Below, in pieces: positions 28,713 to 39,245 of a stretch of 56,230 nt of DNA. The notes under the pieces are model-generated. The model was not told where the DNA came from and did not search any database. It saw only the letters and a program-made list of their open reading frames with translations. Source of the stretch: Candidatus Limnocylindrales bacterium (GTDB lineage Bacteria > Moduliflexota > Moduliflexia > Moduliflexales > JAUQPW01). The DNA lies in the NCBI GenBank assembly GCA_035559535.1, contig DATMBG010000016.1, positions 1 through 56,230 on the forward strand. Direction: 5' to 3'. Position 1 is the first letter of the stretch. The number at the start of each line of letters is the position of its first letter. The position numbers and the translations under genes were made by a program.

Positions 28713-30731
28713 ATGGAATCCAGAATATCTTCCCAGGAAAGACCTCGAATTCTTATCATATCCAGTGCCATTATTGACCAACAGATGTCCGGTCCGGCCA
28801 TTCGGTGTTTTGAATTTGCCAATGTCCTCAGCAAATCTTTCCAGGTAAGCCTAGTTACTCCTTCGGCCGGTAACCTGTCTTCAGAGCGGTTCCAGATTTT
28901 GACCTGTGAGCGCCATGAGGAAGATAAAATGCAAAAAATCGTGGAACACCACGATGTGATTCTCATCCAGGGGCAGGTTCTCGAATTTTTTCCTTTCTTG
29001 AAGGAGACTGAAAAAGTTTTAGTGGTGGATCTGTATTGTCCCTTTATTTTAGAGGAACTTGAGAAACAGCGAAGACTTTGGAGCAATGCTGCAACCGGTT
29101 CCCTCCAGGCCCTTGAAGAGCAACAAAGGATTCATGAGACTATTTCCAGAATTGTTCGGGATCAACTTTTGGCAGGGGATTATTTTCTTTGTGCCCATGA
29201 GCGGCAGAGGGATTTCTGGTTAGGGATGCTCTGCGGGCTGAATCGGGTGAATCCTTACACCTATCATCAAGATCCCTCTGCACGCCGTCTTCTCGATCTG
29301 GTTCCCTTCGGGATACCTTCTGAAAAACCCATACACTCCCGGCAAGTCTTAAAGGGGGTCTATAAAGGCATTACCGAGCAGGATAAGGTCTTGATATGGG
29401 GAGGGAGTATTCTGAACTGGCTGGATACCCTCACCTTGATTAAAGCCATGGATCGGATATCCCAGATGAGAAAGGACGTAAAGCTGTTCTTTATGGGTAC
29501 TGAACATCCCGACCAAATTCGAGAGAAGATGCTGGCCGATACCCTTAGCTTAAGCAAAAAGTTGGGTCTTACGGACAGAACGGTCTTTTTCCATACCTGG
29601 GTCCCTTATACCGAGCGGCAAAACTATTTTTTAGAAGCCGATATAGGCTTGAGTACCCATTTTTCCCATCTGGAAACCCGGTTTTCGTTTCGGACGCGTA
29701 TTCTGGATTACCTGTGGACGGGTCTTCCTATCATCGCAACCCGGGGGGATTACTTTAGTGAGTTGATTCAAACCCATCGCCTAGGCCTGACCGTCGAAGC
29801 AGAAAATGTAGAGGATTTAACCGCCGCTATCCTTAAGCTTGTGGAGGATCAGGACCTTCGCCAAAATTGCTCGGAAAATATCAAAGCCGTGGCACCCCGG
29901 TTTACCTGGGACGTTGTGACACAACCTCTGGTAGATTTTTGCCAGAACCCCGCCAAGGCAGCCGATAAGTGGCGTTGGAAGGCAGAACAAAACCTGGGAA
30001 TTTTCTCCCTTGAACAATCTGCAGGATTACCCATAACTCCCTGGAAGAGGGCTACCCTGACTTCCAGAAGCCATTTAGATAAACTCTACGAGCAAATCAT
30101 AACCAACCTTCGGGCTCAAAAAGCCGAAAAAATTGCCCTGCTGGAGCGAATTGCCGATCTCGAAGATAGGTCAAGGATGCCTTCAGGGAGTCCAGGTAAG
30201 TTTAAGGTTGGATCCTACCTGGTCTGGGCTACGAAGGGTGGGAATCACGTCCTGGGGCTGTTTAAAAACCTTCGGGCAGAGCGACGACGAAAAAAATTGA
30301 AGCTAAGCCAGTATCCTTCCTGCGAAATCCAGGGAGCAGATACGGTGGGGGAAAGTTTTATCGCTGTAAAGGATAACCTTTATCGGATCGATATTAAATT
30401 TGCCACCTATCTACGTCAGGTTCGCCATGATCTCCTCTTTCATCTCAAAGAAGACCGTAACGCCAAACAAGATCTCGCCTGTCTGAAAATCCCTACCTCT
30501 CAACTTCGGGATAATGCTTTTTATTCCTTTATTTTTCCTCAACAGATTCTCTCAGAGCGGAGATCCTATTATTTTTATTTAGAATCCCCGGATTCGGTCA
30601 AAGGGGACGCGGTTTCCGTTTGGTGTACCGAAGAAGCTCCTCCCGATCAGTTTCACTGTCAACCCATCCAACGCTATGAGCGGGGCTGGAAAGTTGGAGA
30701 TCACATTGTTTTTAGGGTTTATTATGTATAG
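28713..30731 (+). CDS. Glycosyltransferase family 4 protein with C-terminal extension
   Basis: MSGPAIR, WGG, SFRTRILDYLWTGLPII GT-B motifs. Confidence 0.88.
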   Translation: MESRISSQERPRILIISSAIIDQQMSGPAIRCFEFANVLSKSFQVSLVTPSAGNLSSERFQILTCERHEEDKMQKIVEHHDVILIQGQVLEFFPFLKETEKVLVVDLYCPFILEELEKQRRLWSNAATGSLQALEEQQRIHETISRIVRDQLLAGDYFLCAHERQRDFWLGMLCGLNRVNPYTYHQDPSARRLLDLVPFGIPSEKPIHSRQVLKGVYKGITEQDKVLIWGGSILNWLDTLTLIKAMDRISQMRKDVKLFFMGTEHPDQIREKMLADTLSLSKKLGLTDRTVFFHTWVPYTERQNYFLEADIGLSTHFSHLETRFSFRTRILDYLWTGLPIIATRGDYFSELIQTHRLGLTVEAENVEDLTAAILKLVEDQDLRQNCSENIKAVAPRFTWDVVTQPLVDFCQNPAKAADKWRWKAEQNLGIFSLEQSAGLPITPWKRATLTSRSHLDKLYEQIITNLRAQKAEKIALLERIADLEDRSRMPSGSPGKFKVGSYLVWATKGGNHVLGLFKNLRAERRRKKLKLSQYPSCEIQGADTVGESFIAVKDNLYRIDIKFATYLRQVRHDLLFHLKEDRNAKQDLACLKIPTSQLRDNAFYSFIFPQQILSERRSYYFYLESPDSVKGDAVSVWCTEEAPPDQFHCQPIQRYERGWKVGDHIVFRVYYV

Positions 30732-30732
30732 T

Positions 30733-30792
30733 CCGCGGTCTGTTGTCCGATGCCTTCAAGTTCCGAACAACGGACAACGAACAACGGGCAAC
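30733..30792. repeat. Heptamer (ACAACGR) STRR-like inverted array
   Basis: TGTTGTCCG ... ACAACGGACAACGAACAACGGGCAAC. Confidence 0.65.
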
Positions 30793-30803
30793 CTCTAACC
30801 AAA

Positions 30804-31913
30804 ATGAAAGCAGCGGTTTTATACGAGTTAAATCAACCCGTTGTTGTGGAAGAATTAGAACTTGAAAAACCTAAAGAACGGGAAGTACTGGTTAAAATGG
30901 TAGCCAGTGGAGTCTGTCATAGTGATCTCTCTGTAACCAATGGTACGATTCCCTTACCTCTGCCTATTGTGTTGGGACATGAGGGAGCCGGCATTGTAGA
31001 AGAAGTAGGACCTGGAGTGACCGCTGTAAAACCAGGAGATCATGTCATTCTCTCCTGGGTACCGAATTGCGGTCGATGTTCTTTTTGTGCGACAGGAAAA
31101 TCCTATCTTTGCGAAGCCAGAGCGTTGACCCGAGGAGGGACCATGCTGGATGGAACCCGGCGGATCCATAAGGGGACGAAGGAATACAATCATATGTTGG
31201 GGGTTTCAACCATGGCAACCCATACCGTTGTCCCTGAGATCAGCCTGGTGCGTATTGATCCGGATATTCCCTTAAGGGAAGCCGCCCTGATCGGTTGTGG
31301 CGTCATGACGGGAGTTGGGGCGGTGATCAATACTGCCAGAGTGGAACCCGGCAGTCGCGTGGCGGTATTCGGAGCCGGAGGAGTCGGACTTAATGTAATC
31401 CAGGGGGCTGTTCTGGCCAGTGCAGAAACCATTATCGCGGTAGACCTCCTGGATCGTAAGCTGCAATTCGCCAAACAATTCGGAGCTACCCATCTTATCA
31501 ATGCTTCCAGGGAAGATCCCGTCCAGAAGATTAAAGATCTTACCGGGGGAGGTGTCGACTACGCCTTTGAAGCCATTGGACATGGAACCGTTATCACACA
31601 GGCTTACCAGGCTACCCGTCGCGGTGGAACTACGGTCGTTATTGGCGTGGCCGCTCCAGGAGTCCAGGCTTCGATACCGGCCAATACGCTGGTCCTTGAA
31701 GAAAAAACCCTTAAGGGTTCTTATTACGGCTCGGCTCGGGTTCAGGTCGATATTCCCAGGTTGGTTCGCCTTTATAAGTCAGGCCGGTTGAAATTAGGAG
31801 AGTTGATCAGTAACACCTATCCTTTAGAAGAGATCAATAAAGCCTTTGAAGATCTACAAAAAGGTGAGAATGCACGGGGCGTCCTGGTTCATTCCCAGGC
31901 AATTGACAATTAG
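30804..31913 (+). CDS. Zn-dependent alcohol dehydrogenase (MDR family)
   Basis: GVCHSD, GHEGAG, CxxCxxC..C, GCGVMTG, GAGGVG; start moved to MKAAVL at 30804. Confidence 0.96.
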   Translation: MKAAVLYELNQPVVVEELELEKPKEREVLVKMVASGVCHSDLSVTNGTIPLPLPIVLGHEGAGIVEEVGPGVTAVKPGDHVILSWVPNCGRCSFCATGKSYLCEARALTRGGTMLDGTRRIHKGTKEYNHMLGVSTMATHTVVPEISLVRIDPDIPLREAALIGCGVMTGVGAVINTARVEPGSRVAVFGAGGVGLNVIQGAVLASAETIIAVDLLDRKLQFAKQFGATHLINASREDPVQKIKDLTGGGVDYAFEAIGHGTVITQAYQATRRGGTTVVIGVAAPGVQASIPANTLVLEEKTLKGSYYGSARVQVDIPRLVRLYKSGRLKLGELISNTYPLEEINKAFEDLQKGENARGVLVHSQAIDN

Positions 31914-32027
31914 CAATCAACCCATTCACAGTCAGCAATTAACAATTGACAATTAGCAATTAATAAACCTTAAGGGGTTAGTTCTCCGTTGTTAATTGTT
32001 TATTGTTCATTGTTCCATTGTTAATTG
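31899..32027. repeat. Heptamer (CAATTRA/TTGTTHA) STRR-like inverted array
   Basis: CAATTGACAATTAGCAATT... followed by TTGTTAATTGTTTATTGTTCATTGTTCC. Confidence 0.7.
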
Positions 32028-32032
32028 AAACT

Positions 32033-32443
32033 ATGTCGGTGATAGATCAAGGTTTGGTTATAAATGGAGATATTTACGGAGATGAGGATTTACGGGTCAA
32101 AGGACATATTAAAGGAACAATTTTTCTCAAAAACGGAGGGATTTATATTGAAGAATCCGGGAAGGTAGAAGGAGATATTCTGGCGGTTCATATTTCCATT
32201 ATGGGTCATTTCCAGGGTAAAGCCATTGCTTTGGAAAAGCTAAAATTATCCTCCACTGCCCGAGTTGAAGGTGAACTCCAGGGAGCTCTGGTAGAGATTG
32301 AAGAAGGGGCTTTTTTCAAAGGTCAGTTGAATATCAAACAGATAGATCCGGTTGAGGCAGAAATAAAGGATTTTAAATCCCTCTCCGAAGAAGATTATGA
32401 GAGATTACGCCAGTGGCGGGTCCGAAATAAGATTACCGTATAG
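32033..32443 (+). CDS. Bactofilin (polymer-forming cytoskeletal protein)
   Basis: SVIDQGLVINGDI..LRVKG..GKVEGDI..IEEGAFFKG beta-helix pattern. Confidence 0.92.
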   Translation: MSVIDQGLVINGDIYGDEDLRVKGHIKGTIFLKNGGIYIEESGKVEGDILAVHISIMGHFQGKAIALEKLKLSSTARVEGELQGALVEIEEGAFFKGQLNIKQIDPVEAEIKDFKSLSEEDYERLRQWRVRNKITV

Positions 32444-32444
32444 G

Positions 32445-33488
32445 TCAGGAAACGGAACTTCGAAGTTGCTTGATATGTTCCAGGGTTGCACGGCATCGGG
32501 CCAGGACAAGAGGATATTCTTCCCGGAGGGTCCTTATAACCCCCTCCAGGATATATTGATCTGCTTTGAGATCTAAGCCTTGAATATCCTCTTTCCTGTG
32601 AACACGTTCATACTGACGGATCAGTTGCTCGGCTGTGCTGATGATAATGGCTGTATGGAGTTTTTCGGTTATTTGATTTAGATCAAAGGGAAAATTCTTG
32701 GCGTAATTCTCTAACTTTTCCTGGATGACTTGCTGATACTCCTCGTAAATCTCTATGGCGTTCTCCTCGCAGTAGGTCTTGAACAATTCGGGATCTTCCC
32801 CGGAGACCAGGATGATCTCTAAATCCTCTAACAGCAGCTTGTAAAACTGAAGTTGTTCCTTAAAAAAGGACCTGCCGATTTCCTCGGTGGATAGCCCCCA
32901 AAGTTGGGAACAGACATCCTGAGCCAGCTTGATTCGACCCTGGATGGCTTCCTGATCTTTAGCCAGTTTAGCACCAAAAAGAACCACCGAACTTGGGTCG
33001 TTTTTCCCCTGACTGAGCAGGTGCTCCGACCAACCTGCCACTTCAATAACCATGGTCAGAAAGGGAGTCTCTTCGATCTGATTTAAAAATCCGGTTTTAA
33101 GGAATCTATGGACCTTTAAAGAAAGGGAGATAAACTGCTGGATCCGGTCCTGGGGCTTGTTCTCAGAAAGGAATCGTTCTAAAATCCACTGGGCTTTGTC
33201 TACCAAAGGAACCGGACTGAGCCCATCTAAAACCTCTGTAAGATCCTGCTGAAGAGAAATAACCTGGCTTTCGAGCTTTTTTAATTCAGCCTTACCCGGA
33301 TTAAATCGGGGCTTTAGCAGGGCTTTTCGATAAAATTCATCCAGAATGGGTAAGAGTTTTTCTATTTTATACTCCACTTCAGTATAAGCCGGATCGGTAA
33401 GATTTGGATCCAATAACTGCAGGGAAACCTTAAGACCGTCTATACACTGTTCCAACTGGCTTACAATATCATCCTCTTGAACCAGCAT
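32445..33488 (-). CDS. Hypothetical helical protein
   Basis: 347-aa ORF with protein-like composition, no family recognised. Confidence 0.8.
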   Translation of the reverse strand: MLVQEDDIVSQLEQCIDGLKVSLQLLDPNLTDPAYTEVEYKIEKLLPILDEFYRKALLKPRFNPGKAELKKLESQVISLQQDLTEVLDGLSPVPLVDKAQWILERFLSENKPQDRIQQFISLSLKVHRFLKTGFLNQIEETPFLTMVIEVAGWSEHLLSQGKNDPSSVVLFGAKLAKDQEAIQGRIKLAQDVCSQLWGLSTEEIGRSFFKEQLQFYKLLLEDLEIILVSGEDPELFKTYCEENAIEIYEEYQQVIQEKLENYAKNFPFDLNQITEKLHTAIIISTAEQLIRQYERVHRKEDIQGLDLKADQYILEGVIRTLREEYPLVLARCRATLEHIKQLRSSVS

Positions 33489-33537
33489 AATTCTGGATGT
33501 GGGTTATTTGGCTTTAACTATATCCCTTTACAAGGAA

Positions 33538-34311
33538 TTATTTCATCTCGAAAGCTGTATCAATCTGATTTAAAACGTTCTCTAATTTTGAGATTACAGA
33601 ATCCTCCCCTTGATTTACCCTGGCCATTACCGTATCAAGATTCTGAATTACCTGTTCTTTATCTGGGAGATGAGATTGGACAGCCATGGATTTGATTCTC
33701 TGAAGGTGAGATTGAAGAGTTTTATAGGAAGTACCGGTATAAATATCCCATTTAGCCTGTAAGAGAGCACTTTTAAGCTGTTCTGTACGCAGATCTGTAG
33801 CAATTTGATCCAGTTGGGTTTGTATTCGGGCAAGTTGATTCCGAACCCCCTCGAGACGGTTGGACACCTCATTTAAAGAATTAAGCCGGGGTTGAAGGGT
33901 ATTCAGTTGTTGGGTTGTTTCTCGGTAAGCTGTGTTAAGATGGGTTAAATTTTCATTGACTTTGGCCAGGTCTTCTTCGATAACCTTACGAAAGGTATTT
34001 AAGTCGGTTAGATTTTCTTCTAATTGATGGATGTTGGCGGGAATGGCAGTTTCGGTAGTTCCGGGTTCGGATTTCCCTTTACCGGTTGGATAGACGACCA
34101 CGTAGAAGGCAAACAGAAGAGCAACAAACGAAAGAGCCAGTGAGAGATAACTTGCAGATTCTGAAAAACTATCTCCGCGATAGATCGGAGAACCGTCTGG
34201 TGTATCGGGGGGGGATATAAAATCCTTTTTTACCTGACTTTTTTGCATATTCTCTAAGGCTTCCAGTTCTGCAAGTCCACGTTTCTTCATCATTTCGATC
34301 TCTTTTTCCAT
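33538..34311 (-). CDS. Hypothetical single-TM coiled-coil protein
   Basis: SD GGAGG; TM helix LSLALSFVALLFAFYVVVY followed by heptad repeats. Confidence 0.82.
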   Translation of the reverse strand: MEKEIEMMKKRGLAELEALENMQKSQVKKDFISPPDTPDGSPIYRGDSFSESASYLSLALSFVALLFAFYVVVYPTGKGKSEPGTTETAIPANIHQLEENLTDLNTFRKVIEEDLAKVNENLTHLNTAYRETTQQLNTLQPRLNSLNEVSNRLEGVRNQLARIQTQLDQIATDLRTEQLKSALLQAKWDIYTGTSYKTLQSHLQRIKSMAVQSHLPDKEQVIQNLDTVMARVNQGEDSVISKLENVLNQIDTAFEMK

Positions 34312-34617
34312 CCTGTAATCCTCCCTTCCTTTGCAAGTGATAGAAAAACCTAACTCCAGATAAAACCATGAACAGAATTTGAATAAAAACTACCCGGCAG
34401 AAAGAGAAACCCCTGGGGGATTTTTCACCCTCATACAATTTAACCGGTTCCTAGAAATCAGCAAGAAGAATTTAACTTGATGGAAGATAAATAGTCTTTT
34501 GAATCATCCAGAGAGTGAAATACTGCCGGTTCTCTCCGGTGAAAGGAAGATTTGCTTTACGACAAGATCAGAATCATATCGGGTCCTAATAAGGCTATGA
34601 TTGTTTTAACCGGGTTT

Positions 34618-35892
34618 TTAGAGAATCGACTTAAGGGATTCCAGCGTTTTACGAACTCTCCATTGGTGATACTTTTCCATCACAAATCGAATACGGGGAT
34701 ATTGTTTAACAATATCGGCCAGAGCTGTCTGAGACAGTTTTAGGAGCTCTGTATTATCGGCGATGGCGGTTGCTGTAGCCGAACGGGGTTCCCGGGTAAG
34801 GAGTGCAGACTCCCCAAAGAAATCTCCTTTTTCCAGGGTAGAGAGATAAAGTTCTTTTTGATCCTTTGCAGCTTTCTTAATCACACTCACCTCATCGTCT
34901 TCCATGAGGGTGGTATAAATTCCCACACGACCCGATTTAACGATATAGAGAGAATCTCCGGGAGTGCCTTCTTTAAAGATAATAGCGCCTTGGGGGAAGG
35001 TCTCTAAGGTTAAATGCTTTGCAATGGATAAACGCTCTTCCGGTTTCAAATCGCTAAACAGCGGGACTAAGGCCAGGGTTAACTTAAGTTCTCGGCTATT
35101 ATAAACCTCTTCCAGTACCATCCGGGTTTTCGGAAATTTTATAAGCAAAGGTTTTAAGATAGCTTCCGAGATCTCCAGGACTTTACAGGGAGTTTCTGCG
35201 ATCATGGTGGTCTGCCGACTGGTTTGGGCCAGAAGGGATAATTCTCCAAAAAAATCTCCTGGACCCAGAGGCTCTAAAGCCACAGAGGCCCCTTCTTTAT
35301 TCTTTACGCTGGTTTTAACCTTCCCCTCTAAAATAATAAAAAGTGAGGCCCTCTTCTCTCCTTCCGGGGGGATCACCTGGTTAGTGTTAAATTCCCTGAG
35401 AGTTGCCATTTTTTTAAGAAAAGTAAGATCTGAGGGATCGATATGGGATAAGAGAGAAATTTTTTCCAGGGGATAAGAAAACCCTCCCTCTTTGGAAACT
35501 TCTGTCTGGGGGGATTGCCCTGACCTGGAAATCGCCTTTTCGGGAAATCCCGTGTCTTCAAGAGGCTCAGCCCTTACTCCCCTCTGGAAATAGAGATTTG
35601 CCAACCGCTCATGGGCTTCTTTTCTGGATGGATCAAGCCTTACGATAATCTTATTAACGGCAATCGCCTTGACCAGATGACCTTCTTCTGCATACCGGAT
35701 GGCCGCTTCGGTATAAGCCTTGATGGCCGCTTCCTTATCCCCCGTTTTAGCATAAGCATCTCCCAATTTGAGCTGTACATCAATATTTTTAGGATTCTTC
35801 TCCAGGAGCTTTTTGTATTCCTCAATCTGAGAAGAGGTATCTTTTTCCTTTGAAACCAGTTTCTTAAGATCTCCTAAACCCTTAGGAAGCAT
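34618..35892 (-). CDS. TPR plus tandem cyclic-nucleotide-binding domain protein
   Basis: N-terminal TPR-like helices; two cassettes GDFFGELSLL..RQTT and GDFFGESALL..PRSATA. Confidence 0.92.
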   Translation of the reverse strand: MLPKGLGDLKKLVSKEKDTSSQIEEYKKLLEKNPKNIDVQLKLGDAYAKTGDKEAAIKAYTEAAIRYAEEGHLVKAIAVNKIIVRLDPSRKEAHERLANLYFQRGVRAEPLEDTGFPEKAISRSGQSPQTEVSKEGGFSYPLEKISLLSHIDPSDLTFLKKMATLREFNTNQVIPPEGEKRASLFIILEGKVKTSVKNKEGASVALEPLGPGDFFGELSLLAQTSRQTTMIAETPCKVLEISEAILKPLLIKFPKTRMVLEEVYNSRELKLTLALVPLFSDLKPEERLSIAKHLTLETFPQGAIIFKEGTPGDSLYIVKSGRVGIYTTLMEDDEVSVIKKAAKDQKELYLSTLEKGDFFGESALLTREPRSATATAIADNTELLKLSQTALADIVKQYPRIRFVMEKYHQWRVRKTLESLKSIL

Positions 35893-35986
35893 AACTCGAT
35901 CCTCAATCTCAAACCCTAAACTTGACTGGAAGGTAGTCGAAGCGGGAAGGTGGAAGAGGTAGTTTCTACCTTCTATCTTTCTTTAT

Positions 35987-37108
35987 TTAGTGCTTAGGGC
36001 TATAACTTTTCTTTTTAGAGATATTTTGCCAGACTACTAAAATAGGGCTTGCTACAAATATAGACGAATAGGTTCCCGTGACAACTCCAACTAGCATTGC
36101 AAAAGCAAAGCCATTGATGACTTCTCCCCCTCGAAGATACAGAATAAGGGTAACGATAAAGACCGTAAAAGCCGTTAAAATGGTTCGACTGAGGGTTTGA
36201 TTAATACTCATATTGACAATTTCTTCAAAGGGCTTACTTCGATAGTAAAGTCGAAGATTTTCTCGGATTCGGTCAAAAACAACGATGGTATCATTGACCG
36301 AATATCCAATGAGGGTTAAAATAGCGGCTACAACAGGTAGTGTAACTTCTCGATTGGTAATAGAAAACATACCGATCGTCACAATCACATCGTGGATCAG
36401 CGCGATAATAGCTGCAAAAGCGAATCGAAGATCTAAAATGATACAGACCACCAAAACTGCCACCAGGGCAACCGAAGTCAAAAGTGGAATATACATCCAC
36501 TCCAGGGAAGATAAAGCGATGGTCAACAGAGCGATTCCGGTGATAACGGCTATGGAAGTGACTGACTCGTAATCAAACCGCCAGCCTAAATAGAGGACCA
36601 TTCCGGCAATGGCAAATAAAAGGGCTAATTGAGCCTGGCGGGTCAATTCTCCTCCTACCTGAGGTCCTACACTCTCGATGCGTCTAACTTCAAAGGGATT
36701 ATCCCCCAATTTATTTTTAAGGCCCTCTACGACCTTACTCCCCACATTTTCTCCTGAAGCGCTTTGCTCTACACGGATGAGAATATCTCTATCACTTCCA
36801 AACTGCTGAATAATACTATCTCCCAGACCAACCGTTTGAAGGGTCTCTCGAATCTGATCGATTTGAACTGGTTTTTCAAAACGTACCTCGACCAGAGCTC
36901 CACCCTTGAAATCGATCCCTAAATCAAATCCACCTTTTATGATTACCGAACCGAGGCCCACAACGGCAGTAACAAGGGAAACAATAAAGGCTATTTTCCT
37001 TTTGCCGACAAAATCATAATTAATTCGTTTAAAAAGATACGAACTATAAACCTTTTGAGACTTACCCTTAACTGGGGTCTTTTCGACTTTTTCTGCTTTT
37101 GGTTGCAT
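35987..37108 (-). CDS. secF: Protein translocase subunit SecF
   Basis: LGIDFKGG, ESVGPQVG, ALIHDV, IGYSVNDTIVVFDRIRE, GTYSSIFVA. Confidence 0.98.
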   Translation of the reverse strand: MQPKAEKVEKTPVKGKSQKVYSSYLFKRINYDFVGKRKIAFIVSLVTAVVGLGSVIIKGGFDLGIDFKGGALVEVRFEKPVQIDQIRETLQTVGLGDSIIQQFGSDRDILIRVEQSASGENVGSKVVEGLKNKLGDNPFEVRRIESVGPQVGGELTRQAQLALLFAIAGMVLYLGWRFDYESVTSIAVITGIALLTIALSSLEWMYIPLLTSVALVAVLVVCIILDLRFAFAAIIALIHDVIVTIGMFSITNREVTLPVVAAILTLIGYSVNDTIVVFDRIRENLRLYYRSKPFEEIVNMSINQTLSRTILTAFTVFIVTLILYLRGGEVINGFAFAMLVGVVTGTYSSIFVASPILVVWQNISKKKSYSPKH

Positions 37109-37116
37109 TTTTTTTA

Positions 37117-37189
37117 GTCCATGGTTGCCGTCCGTTGCCGTTCGTTAATAATCCACGGATAATGGGCAACGGGCAACGGACCGATGACA
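37117..37189. repeat. Heptamer inverted array between secD and secF
   Basis: GTCCGTTGCCGTTCGTT ... GGGCAACGGGCAACGGAC. Confidence 0.7.
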
Positions 37190-38749
37190 TTAAATACTCA
37201 GCGTCTTAACATTCCTCCCTGCCAGCATAAGATCGAACATCATCTTCGTCACGGTAATAGCAGTAAATAGGGTTGTCAAAATTCCGATACTAAGGGTTAC
37301 TGCAAATCCTTTAACGGGACCTGTACCAAATTGAAAAAGGATAATTCCTGAAAGGAGGGTGGTTAAATTGGCATCGATAATGGTAACGAAAGCTCTGGAG
37401 AAACCATTCTCAACGGCAGAGCGGACGGTTTTGCCCAGATCCAGTTCCTCACGGATTCGTTCAAAAATCAGAATGTTTGCATCCACCGCCATTCCAATGG
37501 TTAAGGCAATTCCTGCAATACCGGGTAACGTCAATGTTGCCCCAAAACCGGCCAGGGCTCCCACAAGCAGAAGAATATTAATCGCAAGGGCGATATTGGC
37601 AATCAGGCCGGATAACTTATAATAGGCAATCATAAAAATAACGACCAAAGCTGCTCCCATAAGGGAAGCCTGAATACCTAAACGGATAGAATCCTGTCCT
37701 AGAGAAGGTCCTACTGTACGATCTTCCAGGATCTTAACCGGCGCCGGTAAGGCACCGGCTCGAAGAACAATGGCCAGATCCGAGGCCTCTTCGACCGTGA
37801 AATTCCCGGTGATCTGCCCTTTATCCGTAATCTTGGAGCGAATCACAGGGGCTGATTGAACTTTGTTGTCCAGCACAATAGCCAACTGCTTATCGATATT
37901 GGCTTCGGTCAACTCCCCAAATTTTCGAGAACCTTCCCGGCCGAATTCAAAGCTTACAGCCGGCATATTATATTCATCCCGACTGGTCCGGGCATCTTTC
38001 AGATCGGCCCCGGTGACCTTCGCTTCTTTTTCTAGCAAATAGTACCGGCTAACTTTCCCCTCACCGGTTTTACCGGAAGAAGCCTGGGGAAGTATCTCCG
38101 TACCCTCCGGAATCTTTCCCCCATATCGCTGGAGGAGTTCTTCCTGGCTTGCAGCCACATCTCTAACCAGTTGAAACCGAAGCTCTGCGGTTTTCCCTAC
38201 CAACTCCTTTGCACGTTCCGGATCATTGATTCCTGCCAGCTCTACAATAATTCGGTTTTCCCCCTCCCGTTGAATAATAGGTTCCCGAACCCCAAACTGA
38301 TCCACCCGATTCCGGATAGTTCTCAGGGCCTGTTGCAGAGCATTCTCCTTAATATTCTGAATGGCTTTACTCTCCAATCCAAGGACAAGTCTGGTATTAT
38401 CCGAAGGGGGAGGTTTCCTCTCAAAGTTGGGAAGATTGTCCCGAACTATCTTCATAACCCCGGATTCAGATTGGGGATCTACCAGTTGCAAGGTCAGGCT
38501 ATGATCCGGGTTAACCGACAAAAGCTGATATTTAATTTTGTTTTTATTTAATTCTTTTTCTAAAAAATCTTTGGCCCTGATCACTTCATTCTGCACCGCT
38601 TTATCCGTTTCAACTTCCAGAGCCAGGTGAATGCCACCCTGTAAGTCCAGACCCAGGTTTAGTTTCTCCCGGGGTGGATAAATAGCCCATCCTGCTGCTA
38701 TCAGTAAAAGAATAGTAAGACCTAATCGCCACTTTAAATCGCTTTTCAA
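37190..38749 (-). CDS. secD: Protein translocase subunit SecD
   Basis: LGLDLQGG, RVDQFGV, LRAGALPA, VGPSLG, GMAVDANILIFERIRE. Confidence 0.98.
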   Translation of the reverse strand: MKSDLKWRLGLTILLLIAAGWAIYPPREKLNLGLDLQGGIHLALEVETDKAVQNEVIRAKDFLEKELNKNKIKYQLLSVNPDHSLTLQLVDPQSESGVMKIVRDNLPNFERKPPPSDNTRLVLGLESKAIQNIKENALQQALRTIRNRVDQFGVREPIIQREGENRIIVELAGINDPERAKELVGKTAELRFQLVRDVAASQEELLQRYGGKIPEGTEILPQASSGKTGEGKVSRYYLLEKEAKVTGADLKDARTSRDEYNMPAVSFEFGREGSRKFGELTEANIDKQLAIVLDNKVQSAPVIRSKITDKGQITGNFTVEEASDLAIVLRAGALPAPVKILEDRTVGPSLGQDSIRLGIQASLMGAALVVIFMIAYYKLSGLIANIALAINILLLVGALAGFGATLTLPGIAGIALTIGMAVDANILIFERIREELDLGKTVRSAVENGFSRAFVTIIDANLTTLLSGIILFQFGTGPVKGFAVTLSIGILTTLFTAITVTKMMFDLMLAGRNVKTLSI

Positions 38750-38765
38750 GGAACTCTTTTATAAA

Positions 38766-38872
38766 GAGTATGGGAGTATGGAAGTATGGAAGTATGGGAG
38801 TATGAGAAAATTTACCCCCATACCCCCATACTCCCACACTCCTATACTCCCATACTCCCTATAGACTCCCCA
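38766..38872. repeat. Octamer (GTATGGRA / CCCATACT) inverted array between yajC and secD
   Basis: GAGTATGGGAGTATGGAAGTATGG... then CCCCCATACTCCCACACTCC...; siblings at 45101-45186 and 49553-49636. Confidence 0.85.
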
Positions 38873-38876
38873 TGTC

Positions 38877-39239
38877 TCATTCAGAAGTAGACCCTTCTCC
38901 GTTATTGCTGGCCTCGTTCTGGAACCCAGCTATGGCGTTGCGGGAAACCTTCACCTTCACTTGGTCAGCAATCCTGAGTTGTACATAGGAATCATTCAAC
39001 CCGACAATGGTCCCATACAGCCCACCGGTTGTAATCACCTTATCCCCCTTTTTGAGATTGGCAAGCATGTCCCTGATCTCTTTCTGGCGCTTTTGCTGGG
39101 GTCTGATTAGCAGAAAGTAGAAAATTACGAACATGATGATCAGGGGAGTAAAGGAAAGTAAACCTTCTATGGGACTCCCTCCAGGTGCCGGAGCACCTGC
39201 CAATAATTTGGCTATATCCGATAATCCTATAAGTTGCAC
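38877..39239 (-). CDS. yajC: Preprotein translocase subunit YajC
   Basis: FYFLLIRPQQKR, LKKGDKVITTGGLYG; tgt-yajC-secD-secF synteny. Confidence 0.97.
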   Translation of the reverse strand: MQLIGLSDIAKLLAGAPAPGGSPIEGLLSFTPLIIMFVIFYFLLIRPQQKRQKEIRDMLANLKKGDKVITTGGLYGTIVGLNDSYVQLRIADQVKVKVSRNAIAGFQNEASNNGEGSTSE

Positions 39240-39245
39240 AGCCTT

